Assembly (NCBI GenBank): GCA_964609875.1
Contig: CAZSUF010000001.1
Span: forward strand, 17,923-51,323
Direction of reading: 5' to 3'
DNA length: 33,401 bases
Source of the DNA: an uncultured Bifidobacterium sp.
Lineage (GTDB): Bacteria; Bacteroidota; Bacteroidia; Chitinophagales; Chitinophagaceae
Below, piece by piece: positions 18,127 to 25,669 of this stretch. Numbering within the stretch: position 1 is the first letter of the stretch; every line of letters begins with the position of its first letter. A program made the position numbers and the translations under genes. The notes under the pieces are model-generated. The model had not been told where the DNA came from. It searched no databases and saw nothing but the letters and a program-made list of their open reading frames with translations.

Positions 18127-19122
18127 ATGAACAAGAAAATATATATCCTCTTTTTTTTCATGCTGTGCTCATTTTTCATGCAAGCAAAAAAAGTTAAATT
18201 CACCGTTGATATGTCGGGGCAAGTACTAAGTTCTTTAGGCATACATGTTATTGGTGATTTTCAAACTATTGCTGGTTTAGGAGCAGACTTTATACCAGAT
18301 CCATTATGTAAAATGACCAAAGACCTCACTGACACTAATTTGTATTATTTATTTGCAGACATTCCAGCATTCGCTAAATATGAATACAAATATGTAAATG
18401 GAGACCAAACTTATGAAGTTGAAATAGTTCCAGAATTATCTCAAGTAGGCTATAATTTTGATGATAATCGTTGGATTTATATTGATTCCTTAGCGAATGA
18501 CACCACAAAATTAGCATCTGTACAATTCTCACAAAATGGCCCTAAAGGATTAAATACGATTCGCTTTAAAGCAGATATGACTTTGCAAACCGTTTCCCCT
18601 CAAGGTGTACACGTTGCTGGAAGTTTTCAATCTAATGATCCTAAAACACATAAGCTATATAGTTTTGGCAATAATGTCTATGAAATTATTGCGTATATGC
18701 CTGCTGCTTCTTATGATTACAAATATTATAATGGAAGCACCTTGGCCGATGCAGAAACTGTTCCTTCAAGTTGCGCCGTAAGTGGTAATCGCACCATTGC
18801 TTTAAGTCAAGATACTTTGCTCAATGTGTGTTATGCCCTCTGTACTTCTTGCTATCCAGCTTCTACAATAGCACTTGAAGAATCAAACATGGAATTTTAT
18901 CCCAACCCCATGAATGATCAGGCTATCTTAAAAATGAATGTAAATCATTTGCCCAATGAAGTTATTGTGTTGGATGTTTTTGGAAGAAAAGTACAACAGT
19001 ATACGTCCATAACAAGCCCGATATTGTCAATTCAACGAAACAATCTTTCAGCAGGAATTTATTCCATCAAATTAAAATATACTGATGATAAAGTGCAAAC
19101 ATCCACATTCATTATTCAATAA
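18127..19122 (+). CDS. Secreted protein with two tandem CBM20/48-like beta-sandwich modules and a T9SS type-A sorting domain
   Basis: Two internal repeats are seen: KVKFTVDMSGQVLSSLGIHVIGDFQ...YEYKYVNG and IRFKADMTLQTVSPQGVHVAGSFQ...YDYKYYNG. CTD MEFYPNPMNDQAIL...GIYSIKL. A signal peptide is present. Confidence 0.55.
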   Translation: MNKKIYILFFFMLCSFFMQAKKVKFTVDMSGQVLSSLGIHVIGDFQTIAGLGADFIPDPLCKMTKDLTDTNLYYLFADIPAFAKYEYKYVNGDQTYEVEIVPELSQVGYNFDDNRWIYIDSLANDTTKLASVQFSQNGPKGLNTIRFKADMTLQTVSPQGVHVAGSFQSNDPKTHKLYSFGNNVYEIIAYMPAASYDYKYYNGSTLADAETVPSSCAVSGNRTIALSQDTLLNVCYALCTSCYPASTIALEESNMEFYPNPMNDQAILKMNVNHLPNEVIVLDVFGRKVQQYTSITSPILSIQRNNLSAGIYSIKLKYTDDKVQTSTFIIQ

Positions 19123-19123
19123 A

Positions 19124-21391
19124 ATGAGCATGAAAAAATTTAGTCAAAAAGCAAGTATCTTACTTGCTTTTTTGTGTTTAATACAATTTGCAAAGGCCCA
19201 ATCTTTGTATGATGTAAACACGATACAAGAAATTAAAATCACTTTATCGCAAGCAAATTGGGATTATCAAATGGATACAGCCAAGTATGGCAAGGAAGGC
19301 TATTTAATGGCGGCAACTGTAGATATCAATGGTGTTGTTTTTGATAGTGTGGGTGTTAAGTATAAAGGCAATAGCTCTTACGATTCTACAAGAAAAAAGA
19401 ATCCTCTGCATATCAATTTAGATAAATTTAAAAACCAAAAGTATAACAACTATACAAGCATTAAATTAAGTAATGGCTATGGCGATCCTTCTTTAATTCG
19501 TGAAGTTCTCGCCTATAGATTATTAGGTAATTATATGCATTGTCCTAAATCTAATTTTGCCAAAGTATATATCAACGGAGAGTATATTGGATTGTATTCA
19601 AGTGCCGAAGATATAGGTTCAAGATTTTTAGGCGATCATTTTTACTCAAATCAAAATACCTTTATTAAATGCAACCCAACAGTAAATCCTGGTCCAACAA
19701 CTAAAAGTAATTTCAAGTATATAAATGCCGATAGCACGTCGTATCAAACATTGTATGAAGTTAAATCAGACTTTGGCTGGAACGATTTGGTTAACTTATG
19801 TGATTCTGTGACCAACAATCCTGCAAGTCTCGATCGTGTGTTAGATATGGATAGAGTTATTTGGATGTTAGCTTTTAATAATGCCACTGTAAATTTAGAT
19901 AGTTACAGCGGTGTCTTTGCGCAAAATCATTATACCTATAAAGATAAAACAGGCCATTTTAATCCCATCATTTGGGATTTGAATATGTGCTTTGGCGCTT
20001 TTCTATTTGCGGGGGCAGGTGGTACCTCTATGGGCAATCAAACTGTGGCTACCATGAAACAGTTTGCCTACAATAATCATAGCACCGATACTTTTTGGCC
20101 TTTGATCAATGCCATTCATGCCAATGACACATATAAAAGAAAATATATTGCTCATATGAAAACTATTATCAATGATATGATAGATTCTACTTCATATAGA
20201 CCCATAGCCATGCAAATGCAAGCACTTATTGATGCCTCTGTATTAGCTGATACCAATAAGTTTTTTACTTATACTAAATTTCAAGAAGCATTAGATAGCA
20301 ACTTTGTTGTTGGAAGTTACACGGTTCCAGGAATCATGACATTAATCGATGGTCGAATAGCCTATAAAAATAGTACCAGCGAATTTACCGTGGCAGCGCC
20401 TATTGTTTCCAATATCTTAGTCACTCCTGCGGCACCAAACTATAATACTAATTTTACTTTAACAGCGCAAATCAGTGCCGCAAATATCAATGGAGTTACC
20501 CTTGGTTACAGATTCGATAAAACCCTCAAGTTCGAGAAGGTGGTCATGTATGATGATGGCGCACATAACGATGGTGTCGCCAATGATGGATTATTTGGCG
20601 CTAACCTAACGATGCAAGGTGCCCAAATGCAGTATTATATGTATGCCGAAAATAATGATGCAGGTATTTTTTATCCTGCGCGCGCCGAACATGAATTTTA
20701 TACACTCACAGCCACTTCGGCAAATGCCAGTGCAGGACAAATTGTGATCAACGAATTTTTGGCTGATAATATTGGCTTGCAAAAAGATGAATATAATGAT
20801 ACTGAAGATTGGATAGAATTATTTAATACCACCAATCAAATAATTGATTTGAGCAACTGCTATTTATCAGACGAGGCCACGAATTTAAAGAAATGGAAAA
20901 TTCCAGCTAACACATTTATCCTGCCCAACGGATATCAAACGATGTGGACCGATGATGATTCTTGGCAACAAATTTTGCATACAAATTTTTCTATCAGCAA
21001 AGATTCAGGCCACTTATATTTTAGTTTACCTGATACCACCATTTCAGATCAAGTTACCTTTGGTACGCAAACCACTAACGTTTCTTATGGCAGGTATCCG
21101 AATGGCACCGGACCTTTTGTAAGCATGAATACCACCTATGGATATATCAATGATAATTCTCCTTTGCTTATTCAAAATCTAAGCATGCATGCGCCCTTAT
21201 TCGTTTATCCTAATCCTGCTACATCGCGACTCACCATTTCCACCACTAACCCATCCGATATTGAAATATATAATTCCATGGGCCAATTTGTATTCAGAAC
21301 AAGCAGTCATGAAATTGATGTAACAAACTTCAGTAGAGGATTGTATTTTGTACAATGCGGACAAGAAGTAAGCAAGGTTGTTTTGAAGTAA
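19124..21391 (+). CDS. Secreted CotH kinase-fold protein with a lamin-tail domain (LTD) and a T9SS type-A sorting domain
   Basis: Signal peptide ...LCLIQFAKAQ. CotH core NFAKVYINGEYIGLYSSAEDI...NPIIWDLNMCFG. LTD IVINEFLADN...EDWIELFNTTNQIIDLSNCYLSD. CTD LFVYPNPATSRLTIS...GLYFVQ. The start lies 1 nt after the preceding stop. Confidence 0.85.
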   Translation: MSMKKFSQKASILLAFLCLIQFAKAQSLYDVNTIQEIKITLSQANWDYQMDTAKYGKEGYLMAATVDINGVVFDSVGVKYKGNSSYDSTRKKNPLHINLDKFKNQKYNNYTSIKLSNGYGDPSLIREVLAYRLLGNYMHCPKSNFAKVYINGEYIGLYSSAEDIGSRFLGDHFYSNQNTFIKCNPTVNPGPTTKSNFKYINADSTSYQTLYEVKSDFGWNDLVNLCDSVTNNPASLDRVLDMDRVIWMLAFNNATVNLDSYSGVFAQNHYTYKDKTGHFNPIIWDLNMCFGAFLFAGAGGTSMGNQTVATMKQFAYNNHSTDTFWPLINAIHANDTYKRKYIAHMKTIINDMIDSTSYRPIAMQMQALIDASVLADTNKFFTYTKFQEALDSNFVVGSYTVPGIMTLIDGRIAYKNSTSEFTVAAPIVSNILVTPAAPNYNTNFTLTAQISAANINGVTLGYRFDKTLKFEKVVMYDDGAHNDGVANDGLFGANLTMQGAQMQYYMYAENNDAGIFYPARAEHEFYTLTATSANASAGQIVINEFLADNIGLQKDEYNDTEDWIELFNTTNQIIDLSNCYLSDEATNLKKWKIPANTFILPNGYQTMWTDDDSWQQILHTNFSISKDSGHLYFSLPDTTISDQVTFGTQTTNVSYGRYPNGTGPFVSMNTTYGYINDNSPLLIQNLSMHAPLFVYPNPATSRLTISTTNPSDIEIYNSMGQFVFRTSSHEIDVTNFSRGLYFVQCGQEVSKVVLK

Positions 21392-21576
21392 GTTTTCTTT
21401 TTTGCCCCCGATGAATTTTTTGTCTCAAGGGATCTTTCCGTACGGGGACCCTCCGCCAATTGCTGAATTAAAATCTACTTTTCTTGACTTGTCTAAGTTA
21501 CTGAGGCAGATCTAATTGTCTTTTATATTCAATTCCACTTTTGCTAAACCAAGCTTAGGTTCTGTGCTTCTCATCT

Positions 21577-22272
21577 CTATTCAGTTTTTTTTGTTGTTTT
21601 CATTTGTATGATGTCCACCAAAAAAGCAAATGCCATGGAAAAATAAATATATCCTTTAGGAATTTCAACATGAAAACCTTCTGCCAAAAGTGAAACTCCA
21701 ATCATCATTAAAAAACACAAGGCGAGTATTTTAAATGATGGATGTTTTCTAATAAATTCGCTTATGGGTTTTGATGCAAAAAGCATGATAAGCACTGTGA
21801 CAATAACCGCTGTATACATTACCCAAAGTTCTTGAACCATACCCACTGCCGTAATAATTGAATCAATAGAAAAAACCAAATCCAATATAATGACTTCGGA
21901 AAGTAATCTTTTAAAACTGCTGTTCTTTGGTACATTAGGTTTTGATTCGTTGGCTATTTCAGATTTATGATAAATTTCTTTGGTGCTTTTATAAATTAAG
22001 AAGAGTCCACCTACAATGAGGATTAAACCTTTGCCAGAAAAGTCAATGTCGAAAAATGTAAAGAGTGTTTGGTCAAGTTTTAATATCCATGCGATAAAGG
22101 CTAAAAGACATAATCTCATGACCATCGCTAAGCCTATTCCCCAAAAACGAAGTTGACTTCTTTGGTTATCCGGCAACTTGTCTGCCAAAATAGATATGAA
22201 AATAATATTGTCAATACCAAGAATTACTTCTAAAGCGATTAAGGAAAGTAAGGGAATTATAGATTCTGTCAT
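21577..22272 (-). CDS. TerC-family integral membrane protein (YjbE/YkoY-like, putative metal exporter)
   Basis: LGIDNIIFISILADKLP and DLVFSIDSIITAVGM are the paired TerC-family motifs. The protein has about 7 TM helices and is 231 aa long. Confidence 0.85.
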   Translation of the reverse strand: MTESIIPLLSLIALEVILGIDNIIFISILADKLPDNQRSQLRFWGIGLAMVMRLCLLAFIAWILKLDQTLFTFFDIDFSGKGLILIVGGLFLIYKSTKEIYHKSEIANESKPNVPKNSSFKRLLSEVIILDLVFSIDSIITAVGMVQELWVMYTAVIVTVLIMLFASKPISEFIRKHPSFKILALCFLMMIGVSLLAEGFHVEIPKGYIYFSMAFAFLVDIIQMKTTKKTE

Positions 22273-22373
22273 ATGTATAATTTTGTCTGTGTTTTAGTTA
22301 ATGTATTATCTTCTGTGCCATGCAACTCACCAGTTGGGCTTGTCGAAGATTAGACATTTGAAACACGCATATT

Positions 22374-22381
22374 CAAAAGTA
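22374..22381 (-). promoter_or_regulatory. Candidate Bacteroidota -7 promoter element (TACTTTTG = TAnnTTTG) for terC
   Basis: Exact match to TAnnTTTG on the minus strand, about 100 nt upstream of the terC ATG (22272). No clean -33 TTG was found. Confidence 0.3.
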
Positions 22382-22463
22382 GTACATGTATCATAAAATT
22401 TCACATATTGAGGCTTGCAATTTTGCTGGCACTGTTCATTGAGGCATGCATATCATAAAGCAT

Positions 22464-22812
22464 GTTCTACGAAGCGTCTTCGCTTCGTAGTTTTATTCTA
22501 TTGCTTTCAGCAATAAACGCAATGATCTTATGAAAACAAAATAGTAAATTAATGTTCTAAGTTTTCAGAAGGCTACAAAATTAGAATTTAGTTCTTCAAG
22601 TCATGAGCACTAAACAGTATGTTTTGCGAACCATGAACACTTCGTAGTTTGTTGGACTTGTATTGTTTACGAAGAACAAGAATACATATATAGCTGCGCT
22701 TCAAATTATGTTCATTTGGAAACTATAATTGGCTTTTATTTTTTATAATTCTATTTTCAGATTTGCTACAAGCAAAAGAATATAGCTGCGAAGCGAAGAC
22801 GCTTCGCAGAAC
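22464..22812. mobile_element. MITE-like, palindrome-bounded non-coding element, copy 1 (349 bp)
   Basis: The ~50-bp imperfect terminal inverted repeats match at 43/50 by hand alignment. Each contains a perfect hairpin: CTACGAAGCG-tctt-CGCTTCGTAG (22467-22490) and CTGCGAAGCG-aaga-CGCTTCGCAG (22786-22809). No coding capacity. Confidence 0.4.
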
Positions 22813-22913
22813 GGTTCAAAGCGTGCTTCGAATGACACATTCAAAACCAATTCATCATATCGGAACTGTAAAGCCCTAGCTCAGTTCATTGAGACATGCA
22901 TATCATGAAGGAT

Positions 22914-23262
22914 ATTCTACGAAGCGTCTTCGCTTCGTAGTTGTATTCTATTGCTTTCAGCAATAAACGCAATGATCTTATGAAAACAAAATAGTAAATT
23001 AATGTTCTAAGTTTTCAGAAGGCTACAAAATTAGAATTTAGTTCTTCAAGTCATGAGCACTAAACAGTATGTTTTGCGAACCATGAACACTTCGTAGTTT
23101 GTTGGACTTGTATTGTTTACGAAGAACAAGAATACATATATAGCTGCGCTTCAAATTATGTTCATTTGGAAACTATAATTGGCTTTTATTTTTTATAATT
23201 CTATTTTCAGATTTGCTACAAGCAAAAGAATATAGCTGCGAAGCGAAGACGCTTCGCAGAAC
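22914..23262. mobile_element. MITE-like, palindrome-bounded non-coding element, copy 2 (349 bp)
   Basis: Identical to copy 1 except at 22914 (a vs g) and 22943 (g vs t). The hairpins are at 22917-22940 and 23236-23259. Confidence 0.4.
23223..23259 (-). terminator. Terminator-like hairpin plus T-rich tract on the minus strand, downstream of the permease operon (right end of element copy 2)
   Basis: The minus strand reads CTGCGAAGCG-TCTT-CGCTTCGCAG followed by CTATATTCTTTTG. The equivalent structure occurs at 22773-22809. On the plus strand the left-end hairpins (22467-22490, 22917-22940) are followed by TTTTATT and TTGTATT. Confidence 0.3.
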
Positions 23263-23330
23263 GCTACAAAGCGTGGTTCGGCACACCCTCTTACAACCAA
23301 TACTTCATATCGGAACTGTAAAGCCCTAGC

Positions 23331-23403
23331 CCCGATAGTAGCGGATACCCCGCACCACGTGCCTCACGTGGGAGGAGTAGCAGCGGATAGCGGGAATAGC
23401 TAC
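23331..23403. other. GC-rich structured patch immediately downstream (minus strand) of the permease gene. Function unknown.
   Basis: Hairpin CCACGTG-cct-CACGTGG (23355-23371). It is flanked by direct repeats containing AGCGGATA (23340-23347 and 23382-23389). Possible outer pairings are CCCGC/GCGGG (23349-23353 / 23390-23394) and GTAGC/GCTAC (23338-23342 / 23399-23403). The patch is conspicuously GC-rich against an AT-rich background. Confidence 0.5.
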
Positions 23404-23413
23404 AAAAAAGAAA

Positions 23414-24529
23414 TCATAATTTAGTCTTTAGATCTAATGCATCTCTGAGTCCGTTGCCTAAAATATTAAACGCGAGTACGATCAACATGATGGCCACGCC
23501 GGGAATGATGGCGAGTAATGGCCTGTTGGTGATGATGAAATTATAATTTTCTTTAATCATCAATCCCCAAGAAGAGGCGGGTGGTTGAACGCCTATCCCT
23601 AAAAAACTTAAGCCCGCTTCGATTAAAATAGCTGTGGCAAAATTACTTGCAGCCATCACGATTGTTGGCCCCATGACATTGGGTAAAATATGTTTGATGA
23701 TAATACGCATAGATGAAAAGCCCATAGTTTTGGCAGCCTGAATAAATTCTAATTCTTTAATCGACATCACTTGTCCACGTATTAAGCGCGCCGTACCAAC
23801 CCACATGGTAAGTCCTACCGCGATAAAAATTTGCCAAAATCCTTTACCCAAAACAAAGGTGATAGCGAACACAAGTAGCAAGGTTGGAATAGCCCAAATG
23901 ACATTGATTAGCCAAGTAACCAATTGATCTGTGAAGCCGCCGAAATATCCACTGACGGCACCCAAGAATACACCAATAAAAATAGATAAGATTACGGCAA
24001 TAAATCCTACGGCTAAGCTAACTCGCGTGCCGATGAGTAGTCGCGAAAATAAATCTCTTCCATATCGATCTGTACCTAACCAAAAGGTGCGTGAGGTGAT
24101 GAGTTTTTCTTGTAGGTCTTGTGGGCTGAAGGTTTCCTGGGAACTGAGTTTTTTGATAGCAAAGGTTAGAGGCTCGCTCATGGTTTCGTCGATGATATGA
24201 TTTACATGTATGCTATCCTGCGTAAACTGAAAAGAGCTAATAGGAATTAATTCGTAATTTTTTTCTGTACCAAAAAAAACATGATGCAACCACGATTTTT
24301 TTTCGAGAGGAATAGAATTATATTTTTTGAGAAATAAAGATTTGAAGCCCGGAGGTTTAGTGGCTATTTCGATGATTAAAGTATTGGCATCTGGACTATC
24401 ATCTGTAGAAATCGGATAAGCAAAAACAGCTACAAAAACCATCATCAAAATAAACGCGGCTGCTATTAAAGCGGCTTTGTTTTTTCTGAATCGAATCCAG
24501 AATCTTGAGGTATGTATTGCATCTGCCAT
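23414..24529 (-). CDS. ABC transporter permease, OppC/DppC (binding-protein-dependent transport) family
   Basis: N-terminal OppC_N-like segment FWIRFRKNKAALIAAAFIL. EAA-loop region IQAAKTMGFSSMRIIIKHILPNV. About 6 TM helices. Confidence 0.8.
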   Translation of the reverse strand: MADAIHTSRFWIRFRKNKAALIAAAFILMMVFVAVFAYPISTDDSPDANTLIIEIATKPPGFKSLFLKKYNSIPLEKKSWLHHVFFGTEKNYELIPISSFQFTQDSIHVNHIIDETMSEPLTFAIKKLSSQETFSPQDLQEKLITSRTFWLGTDRYGRDLFSRLLIGTRVSLAVGFIAVILSIFIGVFLGAVSGYFGGFTDQLVTWLINVIWAIPTLLLVFAITFVLGKGFWQIFIAVGLTMWVGTARLIRGQVMSIKELEFIQAAKTMGFSSMRIIIKHILPNVMGPTIVMAASNFATAILIEAGLSFLGIGVQPPASSWGLMIKENYNFIITNRPLLAIIPGVAIMLIVLAFNILGNGLRDALDLKTKL

Positions 24530-24535
24530 GAAATA

Positions 24536-25669
24536 TTATTTGACTTGTCTACCCTTCCAATCATAAGTTCCAAACTGCCCTAGCATACCGGAAATAAGTA
24601 TATAGGGGATATGAACAAACTGCAAGATATAAAAAGTATAGAGTTCTTTTCGTTTATCAAAAAATGAGGTTACGGGAATTAAAAAATACAATTCGACCAA
24701 CACTTTACAGAGTAAAAAACCGAAGAAAGTTGTCCAATGTAATGGCCTAAACAAAGCGGCTAACAACAGGAAGACAAACATTAAATTATACAAATATACT
24801 AAAGCCAATACGGCAATAATTCTTTTGTCTTTGAATTTTCTGGCTTTTGAAGCCCATCGAATTCGTTGCTGCATAAATTCTTTGGGTAAAGTCATGGGTT
24901 GTGTGCTGATGATACTTTCTTTGCATTTCAAATATCTTGTTTTGCGTGGGAACTGTTGTTCGATTTTATACATAAGCAACATGTCATCGCCGCTAGCAAT
25001 ATCATCAATATCTTTAAAGCCGCCGACAGCATCAAATGCTTTGCGTGTGTAGGCTAAATTCGCTCCATTGCACATGGTACCTGATTTCATATGTACCACT
25101 GCGCCTGTGATTCCTTGCATGGTCATAAAATCTAAGGATTGAAACTGTTGAAACCAAGAAACATTACTACTCATGATCACGGGTGAGGCAATTAGCTCCA
25201 CTTGATGTTTTTCGAAGTAAGAAACAATACTCAATAACCAGTATGCACCCATATTGCAGTCTGCGTCGGTCGTTAAAATGAGTTCGCCTCTACTTTGACT
25301 GATGGCAATTTCTATGGCTTTCTTTTTGTAGGAGTTTAATATTTTCCCATCGGTGTATTGATCAAGAGAAATGTACTTGACACCTTGAAATGATTGAACA
25401 ATGTTAGAGGTTTGATCTGTAGAGTGATCGTCGACTACAATAATTTCTAATAGATTTGTTGGATAGTATTGAGAAAGAATATCTTTTAAAATGGAGCCTA
25501 TATTTTTTTCTTCATTTCTTGCCGGAATGATAATGCTCACTAAAGTCTTTGGGTGGTATTGCTTATTTAATTTGTAGATTGGTAAATCATTCCACCCTCT
25601 GCGATAAAACAAAATCAGGGCAGCATAGCCCAAAAATAAAAGTAATGCAATAAGAATCAGAAAACTCAA
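24536..25669 (-). CDS. Membrane-bound family-2 glycosyltransferase (processive NodC/ceramide-glucosyltransferase-like architecture)
   Basis: Motifs: IIIPARNEEKNI, VVDDHSTD, TTDADC (DxD), SGDDMLL and QQRIRWA (QxxRW). There is one N-terminal TM helix and several C-terminal ones. The TTG start sits in a TTGA overlap with the upstream hydrolase gene. Confidence 0.8.
   Translation of the reverse strand: MSFLILIALLLFLGYAALILFYRRGWNDLPIYKLNKQYHPKTLVSIIIPARNEEKNIGSILKDILSQYYPTNLLEIIVVDDHSTDQTSNIVQSFQGVKYISLDQYTDGKILNSYKKKAIEIAISQSRGELILTTDADCNMGAYWLLSIVSYFEKHQVELIASPVIMSSNVSWFQQFQSLDFMTMQGITGAVVHMKSGTMCNGANLAYTRKAFDAVGGFKDIDDIASGDDMLLMYKIEQQFPRKTRYLKCKESIISTQPMTLPKEFMQQRIRWASKARKFKDKRIIAVLALVYLYNLMFVFLLLAALFRPLHWTTFFGFLLCKVLVELYFLIPVTSFFDKRKELYTFYILQFVHIPYILISGMLGQFGTYDWKGRQVK

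Larger units (their letters stand above)
22431..23330. repeat. Two tandem copies of a 450-bp non-coding unit (22431-22880 and 22881-23330)
   Basis: Base-by-base comparison at a 450-bp offset. The 349-bp centre differs at 2 positions. The ~33-bp left flank differs at 5 positions and the ~68-bp right flank at about 14. No ORF longer than 14 codons was found on the + strand of the core (other strand not translated). Confidence 0.95.

Noticed and set aside
21405-21470. GC-richer patch (GCCCCCGATG...CCGTACGGGGACCCTCCGCC) between the convergent CotH and terC genes
   Set aside because: It offers only a 5-bp CCCCG/CGGGG pairing across a 35-nt loop, plus a CCGTACGG palindrome that cannot fold. Apart from GCCCCGAT it has no clear homology to the 23331-23403 patch, and it has no T-tract.
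22273-22440. yybP-ykoY manganese riboswitch upstream of terC
   Set aside because: It is expected for this gene family. The minus-strand leader lacks the conserved GGGGAGUAG and UUGACA/AGAGACC halves, and only a 7/9 partial match is present. A covariance-model scan is needed before any claim.
22827-22833. TTCGAAT (T-loop-like) suggesting a tRNA fragment or att site in the repeat flank
   Set aside because: The flanking bases do not form a T-arm (GCGTG versus GACAC), and no acceptor or anticodon arms could be built.
22431-23330. CRISPR array or type III toxin-antitoxin RNA repeats
   Set aside because: Only two copies of a 450-bp unit are present. There is no short repeat/spacer alternation, and no cas or toxin gene lies adjacent.
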